A stretch of 56,318 nucleotides of DNA, taken from positions 1 through 56,318 of the IMG/VR virus record IMGVR_UViG_3300048834_000044, one strand, 5' to 3'. Numbering within the stretch: position 1 is the stretch's first letter; every line of letters starts with the position of its first letter. Origin of the DNA: a virus. Taxonomy: Duplodnaviria > Caudoviricetes. The translations under genes and the position numbers were made by a program. The notes below the pieces were generated by a model that searched no databases, was not told the origin of the DNA, and was given only the letters and a program-made list of their open reading frames with translations. Positions 44,516 to 51,943 of the stretch are shown one piece after another.

Positions 44516-44796
44516 AGGAAGTCTCCCAACATGATCTCGGTGGCGCAGTCCCAGTGAACGGCTGTCCACGGGGTCTCGGGCTGCAGGATCTCGTTGCAGA
44601 CGATGCACTTTCCAGGGGTGTTGCGGGACGGCGGCATCTGCTGGCCGTTGGGCGTCGAGCGAGGGAGGCACTGGAAGTGGATGGTCTTCATCAGCGTTCC
44701 AGCCGTGGCAGGCTCCTCGCAGTGCGGGCAGACCACGTTGGGGATCGTCACGACGTACGTCTCACGCGGCCGGATCTCGAAGGAGGCGAGGCTCAT
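44512..44796 (-). CDS. Double zinc-ribbon protein
   Basis: Two CxxC..HxxC units. Confidence 0.58.
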   Translation of the reverse strand: MSLASFEIRPRETYVVTIPNVVCPHCEEPATAGTLMKTIHFQCLPRSTPNGQQMPPSRNTPGKCIVCNEILQPETPWTAVHWDCATEIMLGDFL

Positions 44797-45395
44797 CGGT
44801 ACAGCCCTTCCGGGTTGCGGTCGGTCAGCATGCCGAGCCGGTCGATCGGCACCAGGGCGCGCGTGGCTTCCGTGTCGTCCATCGCTGCCAAGAACTCTCC
44901 GGCAGGGAAGCCGATCATCGTGCCGTTGGCGAGGTTGGCCCAGAAGCGCTGGTCGAGACGTCCGGCGGTACTCCTGAACATGTCGAGCCAGAACAGAGCC
45001 TCGCGCGACCAGGGCTCCTTGGGAGTCAAGACGATCTCGTCGCCGCCACCACTGGCCGGGCAGCCGAACTCCATGAGCGGAGGGCCGTAGCCGTGCGGCT
45101 TGTGCATCGAGTTCTTCATGCGCGTGATCAAGACCCGCGAGAACTTGTCGTTGTACGACCAGGCTGTCACGTCGATGATCGGTGCCTCGACGTCGTAGCA
45201 GTCGCCGATGACGGCCCAGGAGTGCTGGCCGCCGACACCGAAGCACGCGCCGCGCGCTACGCGAGCCTTGTCGCCCAGGAGACCAGACCGCACAAGGGCG
45301 AGCGAAGCCGCGTGGCACTGGTGTGCCCAGGTGTCGAGAGGGCCGATCGCATCCTCGACCTGCTTGACGGTGAACGCAGGCAGTGGGATCATCAC
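44793..45395 (-). CDS. Hypothetical protein (possible Cys-His-Asp transglutaminase/papain-like)
   Basis: QCHAAS..QHSWAV..IIDVT arrangement. Confidence 0.55.
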   Translation of the reverse strand: MMIPLPAFTVKQVEDAIGPLDTWAHQCHAASLALVRSGLLGDKARVARGACFGVGGQHSWAVIGDCYDVEAPIIDVTAWSYNDKFSRVLITRMKNSMHKPHGYGPPLMEFGCPASGGGDEIVLTPKEPWSREALFWLDMFRSTAGRLDQRFWANLANGTMIGFPAGEFLAAMDDTEATRALVPIDRLGMLTDRNPEGLYR

Positions 45396-45910
45396 AGGGT
45401 CCTCTCTCCGTGCAGCGTAGTGACCATGAGGCGCAAGAGATCCGCCACGGTGCTGTCCAGGGCCGGGTCGTTGACGTGCGTGTGTCCCACCGGCTCCAGG
45501 AGCGGCTGCGAGTAGGACTGAACGACGAGCCTGTCCGGCGACGCGATCGTCACGACGACGACCTCACGCACACGCTCGTCACCGTTCTTGAAGCGCTCCT
45601 GCAGGTCTTGATGGAACAGATCGGCGAACCGGGCATCGACGATCTCGTACGCGCCGCCAGCGTGCGCGATCCACTGCGGCGGGGTCGGCTCAGACACCAA
45701 GTGCCCCATCAGGTGATCGCACTGTGCCACGAGAGCAGCGCCGGTCTCGACGTAGGCCGAGCAGATGGCGGTGTCCTCGCCGTCCTCAGTGCCATCCTGC
45801 ACCAGGAGGATGCTGATCTCGATGCCCCGGTTGGGAAACTCGGCCTCGATGCGGTGCTGGGCGGCTGACCAGGCGGCCAGGACGTCCTCGGGCTTGGGCA
45901 TGGGCATCAT
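45392..45910 (-). CDS. Hypothetical protein
   Basis: ATGA-coupled; phage-like codon usage. Confidence 0.6.
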   Translation of the reverse strand: MMPMPKPEDVLAAWSAAQHRIEAEFPNRGIEISILLVQDGTEDGEDTAICSAYVETGAALVAQCDHLMGHLVSEPTPPQWIAHAGGAYEIVDARFADLFHQDLQERFKNGDERVREVVVVTIASPDRLVVQSYSQPLLEPVGHTHVNDPALDSTVADLLRLMVTTLHGERTL

Positions 45911-46323
45911 CGGGTCTCGTCCTTCCACACGACTCGCAGGTTGAAGGGCTGCAGGTACTCAGCGCAGCGCTCGCAGGGCTCCTTGGTGAGGTACAGCGTC
46001 GATCCGGGCTCAACGATGATCCCACGGTCGGTTGCGTTGGTGAGGCAGTTGACCTCGGCGTGGATCGCGATGCAGGACCCAGGACCCTCGTAGAGGGTGC
46101 CGCGCTCGACGTCGTTGAGCGCTCGCGGGCACGCGCCGTCCAGGCAGGATCGCTCGCCTGCCATGACACCGTTGTAGCCGGTCGAGACGATCTGGCGCTT
46201 GGTCACCAGGACAGCGCCGACGCGCGAGCGCACGCACTCGCCACGAGCCGATACGGCAGAGGCGATTCCCAGGAAGTAGTCGTCCCAGCCAGGGCGGATG
46301 TTGTCGGAGTCGATGGGGCTCAT
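45907..46323 (-). CDS. Deoxycytidylate (dCMP) deaminase
   Basis: WDDYFL, VGAVLV, STGYNG, HAE and PCERC. Confidence 0.9.
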   Translation of the reverse strand: MSPIDSDNIRPGWDDYFLGIASAVSARGECVRSRVGAVLVTKRQIVSTGYNGVMAGERSCLDGACPRALNDVERGTLYEGPGSCIAIHAEVNCLTNATDRGIIVEPGSTLYLTKEPCERCAEYLQPFNLRVVWKDETR

Positions 46324-46841
46324 GCTGCGCTCTCCATGATCTTGATGCCCTTCTGCTGGTTGCACGACAGGTGCATCAGCGTCACGTTGTCGAGTGTGTC
46401 GGTGCCGCCGCGTGCGAGCGGGATCGTGTGGTCTACGGACGGGCGAGTCCTGCGATCGGTCTCAAGGAGATCGACAGTCTTGCCGCAGAACGAGCAGTCG
46501 GTCCTGTCGCGATCTACGATGTCTTGCATCGTGTACGGCTCGGAGACGGCGCCAGCACGCAGCGCACGGTTCGCGCGGACGCCAGCACGGTGCTTCTCGG
46601 TCTGGTTCCTACGAGCGTAGTTGTCCTTCTGACACAACGAGCATCGACGCACGCCGGTCGAGGGGTCGATGTAGCCGTGGACTGTGAGGTCGTGAAGGTT
46701 CTTGCGGCAGAAGTTCTCTCGGATCTTGCGTGGCTTGTTGGCCTTGTCGTAGGCTCGCTTGCAGGGCACGCAGACACGAGTACCGTCTGAGCGGGTCCGC
46801 CCGTCTGTGGCCAGGTCGTGAAGACCCTTGCGACACATCAT
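46320..46841 (-). CDS. HNH endonuclease with two N-terminal CxKxLH..RxCxxC zinc fingers
   Basis: CSFCG, SVDHTIPLARGG..DN..H..CN..KG. Confidence 0.88.
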   Translation of the reverse strand: MMCRKGLHDLATDGRTRSDGTRVCVPCKRAYDKANKPRKIRENFCRKNLHDLTVHGYIDPSTGVRRCSLCQKDNYARRNQTEKHRAGVRANRALRAGAVSEPYTMQDIVDRDRTDCSFCGKTVDLLETDRRTRPSVDHTIPLARGGTDTLDNVTLMHLSCNQQKGIKIMESAA

Positions 46842-47188
46842 GACCGTGCATCCAAGGCTTCGATCCAGGACACGGCTACGGCGGCAACCTGGACGAGTTC
46901 GGTTCGGAGGCATGAGGTCTCGGAGCAGGCGAACGCCTCAGCGATCTCCTCACGGAGCAGGTTGAGCCACGTCACCTTCGTCGGGTCGGGATCGCGGTCC
47001 CAGTCCCACGCCTCTCGGATGACGGTCTCGATCGTCGCAGCGTCGTAGTGCAGGCCAGGCATCCAGGCCACGTCCGGGCCGGTGCCGTCAGGCATGCCGA
47101 TGTTGGTCTCCCAGTAGCGCTCGGCCTGCCAGGCGCGGTGCTCCCGGACTTCTCGAAGCACTGCATCGGTTCTCTGAGGGTCGTACAC
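46838..47188 (-). CDS. MazG-like nucleotide pyrophosphatase fold protein
   Basis: W..LLREEIAEA..LRTELVQVAAVAV.WIE. Confidence 0.7.
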   Translation of the reverse strand: MYDPQRTDAVLREVREHRAWQAERYWETNIGMPDGTGPDVAWMPGLHYDAATIETVIREAWDWDRDPDPTKVTWLNLLREEIAEAFACSETSCLRTELVQVAAVAVSWIEALDARS

Positions 47189-47191
47189 GGT

Positions 47192-47257
47192 GTCTCCTTC
47201 GGTCGGTCGTGCGGTCGGGATCGATCCTACCCTGTTCGGTTGTAGTGCGCTTACTGC
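47192..47257 (-). promoter_or_regulatory. Repeated promoter-leader cassette type B, copy 2
   Basis: GCAGTAAGCGC..GGTAGGATCGaTCCCGACCGCACGACC..GAAGGAGAC, with the same spacing as copy 1. Confidence 0.75.
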
Positions 47258-47266
47258 CTTGAGTTG

Positions 47267-48619
47267 TCAGAGGAAGTCGTGGTACTTACTGGCCTCGACG
47301 TCGGGCTGCAGGTAGCGCATGAGCGCGGTCTGCACGTCCTCCTTGTCCTGCAACGCCTTCCAGACGACGCGGTCCTCCTTGACAGCCGAGAGCGTGTAGA
47401 CGAGCACGGCGTTGGTCTGGCCCTGCCGCGCGAGACGGCCGAGAGACTGGCCGTACAGTTCGAGACTCCAAGGGAGAGAAGTGTAGACGAGCGTGTGGCC
47501 GCCGTGCTGCAGGTTCAGGCCGTGACCGGCTGACTTCGGGTGCGCGATGAGCGCCTTGACCTTTCCGGCGTTCCACGCCTCGATGACACCAGGCTCGTCG
47601 ATCGCGCGGGCTCCGGGGATCTCGGCCAGCAGCCGGTCACGCTCGGGGATGAAGTTGTAGAAGATCAGCGTGCCTCGGTGTGCCTGCTCCACGATGTCCT
47701 TGGCCGCCATGATCTTCTCGTCGTGCAGCCAGTGCGAGACGCGGAGGTCGTCGTACAGGAAGCCAGCGCTGACCTGTAGCAACTTGTTGCCCAGCACGGC
47801 AGAGTTGGCCGCCGTGAGGACGGTGCCGTCGCCCAGGGTCGTGACGAGGTTGGCCTTGAGGTCGTCGTACGCCGTCTTCGCATGGCGCGGAAGGTCAACC
47901 TGGACGTCGATGAACGTCGGTGCGGTCTGCGTCTCCAGGAAGTCCTCGGCGCGCATGGAGATGCAGAGGTCGGCCAAGAGAGCGTTGATCGCGTCGATCG
48001 CGCCGGGCTTGGGCGTCCACTCGATCGCGATGTTCGTGACCGGCAGGCGCTTGGTGACGTAGAAGTACCGCTCCCGGTAGGCCGTGAGGGTCGTCCCCAG
48101 CCGCTTCCCGTTGTCCAGCAGGAAGACCTGCGCCCACAGGTCGAGGTAGCCGTTCGGGGTCGGCGTGCCGGTGAGACCCCAGACGTGATCTGCCCCTCGG
48201 GCGATCGGCTTGGTCTTCTTCCAGCGCTCGGTTGTCTTTGTCTTGTACGCCGAGAGTTCATCCAGCACAACGGTCTTGAAGCGGTGGTTCTTCGGCACGT
48301 CCCCCACGGTGTCGTGGGTCATGACCGTGACGTCGCCAAGGAACCGAAGGGCAGTGGCGCGCTGCTGCGGCGTTCCTAGGGCTGGGACGACCTGCAGGTC
48401 CGGCCGCCACAGTCTGCCCTCGGCAGGCCAGACGTGCCGCGCGACACGCTTGGGCGCGAGGACCAGGGCAGGCAGGTGCTCGGGCGTCAGGGCAGAGAGG
48501 ACGGTGGCCGTCTTGCCCAACCCCATGTCCAGGAAGAGACCTGCCCCGCGCTCGCCGGTCGAGTGCAGGTGCGAGACGGCCTTCTCCTGGTAGCCGTGGA
48601 GCGTGAGACGCACGGTCAC
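47267..48619 (-). CDS. SNF2-family DNA helicase
   Basis: LFLDMGLGKT, VLDELS, LTGTP, GHGLNLQ and Q..GRLARQGQ. Confidence 0.92.
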   Translation of the reverse strand: MTVRLTLHGYQEKAVSHLHSTGERGAGLFLDMGLGKTATVLSALTPEHLPALVLAPKRVARHVWPAEGRLWRPDLQVVPALGTPQQRATALRFLGDVTVMTHDTVGDVPKNHRFKTVVLDELSAYKTKTTERWKKTKPIARGADHVWGLTGTPTPNGYLDLWAQVFLLDNGKRLGTTLTAYRERYFYVTKRLPVTNIAIEWTPKPGAIDAINALLADLCISMRAEDFLETQTAPTFIDVQVDLPRHAKTAYDDLKANLVTTLGDGTVLTAANSAVLGNKLLQVSAGFLYDDLRVSHWLHDEKIMAAKDIVEQAHRGTLIFYNFIPERDRLLAEIPGARAIDEPGVIEAWNAGKVKALIAHPKSAGHGLNLQHGGHTLVYTSLPWSLELYGQSLGRLARQGQTNAVLVYTLSAVKEDRVVWKALQDKEDVQTALMRYLQPDVEASKYHDFL

Positions 48620-48864
48620 TCCCCGTGGCAGGAGCACGGGCACGGGCCGATGATCCCAGCGCAGCACGGTCCCTCACTGTCGATCTGCGGCCTGCGCTTC
48701 ACGGTGACCGTGGGGTGCTCCACGAGGAGCGCGTTGACGGCCAAGAGGTCCAGGCCGCCCGGAAGGTCCATGTCTGCCAAGGAGACCAGGATGGTCACCT
48801 CACCAGTCACGGGGTCGGTCTCGACGTTCACCGGGGCGATCGTGGAGAAGACGATGCGGCTCAT
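48616..48864 (-). CDS. Hypothetical protein
   Basis: Tiles the operon. Confidence 0.55.
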   Translation of the reverse strand: MSRIVFSTIAPVNVETDPVTGEVTILVSLADMDLPGGLDLLAVNALLVEHPTVTVKRRPQIDSEGPCCAGIIGPCPCSCHGE

Positions 48865-49064
48865 GACGGCTCCAGGGATGCGGTGTTGCTGGTCACCTTG
48901 GCGAAGTGCTGAAGTGCTTCTTCAGCAAGGTGATCGGGCACGACGATCCTGGCGACCGCCGGACGGCCGGGGGTCGTCGTGATGGTGCCCTCGACCTCCA
49001 AGGCGCGCATGGCGTCTTGGAAGCCGAAGTAGTCCTTGGGCTCTCCCTGGATGAATCGCATCAC
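48861..49064 (-). CDS. Hypothetical protein
   Basis: Tiles the operon. Confidence 0.55.
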   Translation of the reverse strand: MMRFIQGEPKDYFGFQDAMRALEVEGTITTTPGRPAVARIVVPDHLAEEALQHFAKVTSNTASLEPS

Positions 49065-49300
49065 GACACCGTCAGCATCTTGGCGAGACGACGACGCTGG
49101 CGCGGGGTCAGCGGCGTGTACGGTGCCTCGGGGTTCAGCGCCTCGAAGATCGCGCGCTCCAGCCGGGCGGCCAGCAGGTCGTCACGGGCGTCGGCGAGCG
49201 TCTCAGGCTTGGTCGCCCGGTCGGGACGGCTCAGGGTTGCCAGGCGGGCAGCCGCAGCGCGAACCTTGTCGTCCTCACGGAAGGCAACGGGGGTGGGCAT
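49061..49300 (-). CDS. Hypothetical protein
   Basis: SD AAGGAG. Confidence 0.6.
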   Translation of the reverse strand: MPTPVAFREDDKVRAAAARLATLSRPDRATKPETLADARDDLLAARLERAIFEALNPEAPYTPLTPRQRRRLAKMLTVS

Positions 49301-49315
49301 CGGCAGATCTCCTTG

Positions 49316-49939
49316 TCAGCGAAGGTCTCCGGCCGTGGTCGGCCGGTGCAGGGGGTTGGAGTCCTTGGACTGGGCGCAGTACTTCGCCATGTGCGGCAAG
49401 ACGTTCTCGCGGATCGGCTCCTCCCAGTCCAGGCCGGTCCAGGTGAGAGTGGCGTAGCAGTCGCCGCACTGGGCCTTGGTGCCAGGACCGGCGTAGTCGC
49501 AGCCGGAGCGCGCACCCTCGGGGTGGTGGGTCGTCCAGGGCTGGCGGCAGCGGGCGCAGGTCCCGATGAGCCAGTTCTCGACCGGGAAGATCGGCATCCC
49601 GACGGCGCGGGCCGTGTCGGTCTCCAGCCGCGCGCCACGGGAGCGCTCCCAGCCGTCGAGGGTCGCAACGCCGTTGCAGGACAACAGCATCGCGGCGAGG
49701 TCGGCACGCAGGAAGCAGTTCCACGAGTGAACGTTGTCCTGGGCACCGGGCTCCGGCGTGCCGAAGCGGCAGACGTCGGGCTCGTCGCAGGCGGCGGGCA
49801 CGTCGAACGGGTTGATGACGGCGTAGCCCATGTCCCGCAACGTGTCCGCGTTGCTGGCGAACCGGGCGCGCTTCTCCTCGATGGGGCGCGGGTCACTGCT
49901 GATGGGGCCGCTGAGGTACAGCGTCGGCTTGAGGGTCAT
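49316..49939 (-). CDS. DUF4406 / nucleoside 2-deoxyribosyltransferase-like protein with Cys-rich C-terminus
   Basis: YLSGPIS, VINP, DL..LL.C..V..LDGWERSRGARLE..A. Confidence 0.78.
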   Translation of the reverse strand: MTLKPTLYLSGPISSDPRPIEEKRARFASNADTLRDMGYAVINPFDVPAACDEPDVCRFGTPEPGAQDNVHSWNCFLRADLAAMLLSCNGVATLDGWERSRGARLETDTARAVGMPIFPVENWLIGTCARCRQPWTTHHPEGARSGCDYAGPGTKAQCGDCYATLTWTGLDWEEPIRENVLPHMAKYCAQSKDSNPLHRPTTAGDLR

Positions 49940-49943
49940 GCTA

Positions 49944-50020
49944 GGTCTCCTTTGGTGCAGTGGTGCGGTCAGGTGAAGCATACCATGAACGGTGGCAGAA
50001 GGCAACTACCGTTCTTAGTA
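49944..50020 (-). promoter_or_regulatory. Repeated early promoter type A, copy 3 (TTGCCT-N17-TATGCT) with leader
   Basis: TACTAAGAA, TCTGCnnCCGTT spacer, TGACCGCACCAC leader and AAGGAGAC SD. Confidence 0.78.
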
Positions 50021-50028
50021 CTTGGGGC

Positions 50029-50229
50029 TTAGAGATCCAGGAAGGGGACGACGGTCGCCGGTTCGGCGCCCTTTGCAAGTGTCCGAACGGCATGCCAGAG
50101 GTCGCAGAAGACCAGGGTCTCCATGCCGGAGCCGGGGTGGACGACGATCCAGTCCTCGGTGAACTGGCCCTCCTCGGCCCAGGTGTCGCACTCGGCGTCG
50201 TCGCAGTGCAGGGTCACCTTGACGCCCAT
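50029..50229 (-). CDS. Small zinc-binding hypothetical protein
   Basis: CD..C..W..FC..H. Confidence 0.6.
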   Translation of the reverse strand: MGVKVTLHCDDAECDTWAEEGQFTEDWIVVHPGSGMETLVFCDLWHAVRTLAKGAEPATVVPFLDL

Positions 50230-50327
50230 CAGCGAGTCACGACCTCGGTGACGGCGACGACCAGGATGATCGACGACAGCGCGCCGATGACGGCGGCGAG
50301 CAGGATCTGCTTCGTGTTCTTGCTCAT
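50229..50327 (-). CDS. Small membrane peptide (32 aa)
   Basis: MSKNTKQILLAAVIGALSSIILVVAV; coupled on both sides. Confidence 0.55.
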   Translation of the reverse strand: MSKNTKQILLAAVIGALSSIILVVAVTEVVTR

Positions 50328-50674
50328 GACTTTCCCTTCGTGGAGTGGTCTCCCATGTGACTCATCGGGAGTGTGCAGCGGCGTCCGCTGGCAAGGATGG
50401 TGACGCCGCACTTCGGCGGAACGTCAACGGAGACAAGGCGAGCGAGCCCCTGGTCCTGGGCGAACAGCACGCGCGGCACGACGTACGCGAGGATCTCGCG
50501 CGTGTGGCAGGTCTCGCAGCCGCAGAACGGCTCGCCGGAGAGCGTCTCGACTGGCTCCGTGTTGTCGATCGAGCCGTGCAGAGAAGCCATGTAGGCGTTG
50601 AGACCCTGCTCCATCTCGACGCTGAGGTCGGTCGAGATGTCGATCGTGAACTGCCCGAAGGTCTGGTGCCCCAT
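50324..50674 (-). CDS. Hypothetical protein
   Basis: FCGCETC; C-terminal RCTL..H.GDH. Confidence 0.6.
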   Translation of the reverse strand: MGHQTFGQFTIDISTDLSVEMEQGLNAYMASLHGSIDNTEPVETLSGEPFCGCETCHTREILAYVVPRVLFAQDQGLARLVSVDVPPKCGVTILASGRRCTLPMSHMGDHSTKGKS

Positions 50675-51009
50675 CAGTTCTCCGAGATGATCAGGTCGGC
50701 CGGGGAGTACGTGGCTTCGAAGATGTCGGGCTTGCAGGGGTAGAACTCGCCCTGGACGCCCCGGATGATCCAGTCGCCGGGGTTGGCCAGCATCGGACCT
50801 TCGAGCGTGTCGATCGTCAGGCCGAACGGTGCGCGGTCTCCCGTGACGTGGAAGTCCCGGAAGCCGTTGCCCAGCATCCACCCTGCGATCTCGGCGTGCG
50901 CGCGGGTGTTGGGGTCGATCGGGTCGTCGGCGCTGGCCGGGAAGACCGACTCGTCGAGACGCCGGGCCTCGACGACGACGGGCTTCTTGACGAACTTCTT
51001 GACGCTCAT
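50674..51009 (-). CDS. Conserved phage protein (KKPVVVEA..GDWIIRGVQGEFYPCKPDIF family)
   Basis: Recognisable, widespread phage protein signature. Confidence 0.78.
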   Translation of the reverse strand: MSVKKFVKKPVVVEARRLDESVFPASADDPIDPNTRAHAEIAGWMLGNGFRDFHVTGDRAPFGLTIDTLEGPMLANPGDWIIRGVQGEFYPCKPDIFEATYSPADLIISEN

Positions 51010-51230
51010 GACGTGGCTCCCTTCTTGGGGGCGGGCACCGCGATCAGGTCGGCGCGTCCGAGCGCGACACGGAGTGACTGGCCCTTGGAGACGACCTTGC
51101 CCTTGATCCAGACCTGCCAGAGACCGCTCTTGGTGCGGCAGGCAGTCCCGACCTCGGCGCCGCGCGTACCGGTCAGGTCGAACGCGGGCATGCCCTCGAC
51201 CCGCTTGGGGGTTGCGATGACCTTCTTCAT
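51006..51230 (-). CDS. Small basic hypothetical protein
   Basis: Tiles the operon with ATGA overlaps. Confidence 0.58.
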   Translation of the reverse strand: MKKVIATPKRVEGMPAFDLTGTRGAEVGTACRTKSGLWQVWIKGKVVSKGQSLRVALGRADLIAVPAPKKGATS

Positions 51231-51583
51231 GACTGCACGTCCAGGTCACCCATGACGAGCGCGATCCGCGACTGCGCCGTCTTCAGCCGGTCCACCGCGT
51301 TGTAGAGCCTTGCGGCGTAAGGGCTTCCGAACTCGTAGGGGATGCGGGCCAGCATCGCCTCGGCCTGCAGCGCCTTCTCCGGGCCGGGCTCGTGCCGGAC
51401 GGGCTCCAGCATCTTCATGAGTTCGTTGACCATCTGCAGCGTCTTCTCGCTCAGCATGGTCACGTCCTCGATGACGTCGCTGAGCCGCTTGACGTCGGAC
51501 TCAGCCACCATCGTCATCTCACGGGGGTCGCGCAGCATCGCCCGAGGGTCGGTGCTGCCGGTCAGGGACTCGTTCTCGTACAT
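51227..51583 (-). CDS. Hypothetical helical protein
   Basis: SD AAGGAGGAGACC before ATG 51583. Confidence 0.68.
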   Translation of the reverse strand: MYENESLTGSTDPRAMLRDPREMTMVAESDVKRLSDVIEDVTMLSEKTLQMVNELMKMLEPVRHEPGPEKALQAEAMLARIPYEFGSPYAARLYNAVDRLKTAQSRIALVMGDLDVQS

Positions 51584-51662
51584 GGTCTCCTCCTTGCTGG
51601 TCGGTGGTTCGGAGCGGACCCGCTGGCCCTCTCCCGTGCGACTGCTGTTCCAGGACATCGGC

Positions 51663-51926
51663 TTACAAGAACTCCTCGGCGTCCGCGATCTCCTGTGCCG
51701 CCTGGCGACGGCGACGGCAGTCGTTGCAGGTGCCGTCCTTGCGCCGGTCGATCGAGCCGCAGCGCTTGCAGGGTCCCTTGGGGCGCTTGCGGTACTCGAC
51801 CATCTGAGCACGGTGGCAGTGGAGGCACTGCCGCACGCCGTTGCTCGGCTGGATGTACTGGTTCGCCGGATCGTTGATGTCGTGCAAGCCCTTCTTGCAC
51901 ATCTTCGGCTCGGGCTTCTCGGTCAC
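51663..51926 (-). CDS. Small zinc-finger protein (CKKGLH..RQCLHC; CxxC..CxxC)
   Basis: SD GAAGGAGAC before GTG 51926. Confidence 0.68.
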   Translation of the reverse strand: MTEKPEPKMCKKGLHDINDPANQYIQPSNGVRQCLHCHRAQMVEYRKRPKGPCKRCGSIDRRKDGTCNDCRRRRQAAQEIADAEEFL

Positions 51927-51943
51927 TGACTGGTCTCCTTCTC

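Noticed and set aside
46320-46841. HNH as part of an intron or intein, or a split gene
   Set aside because: It is free-standing and coupled to intact neighbours; no interrupted gene or intein motifs were seen in terminase, polymerase, helicase or primase.
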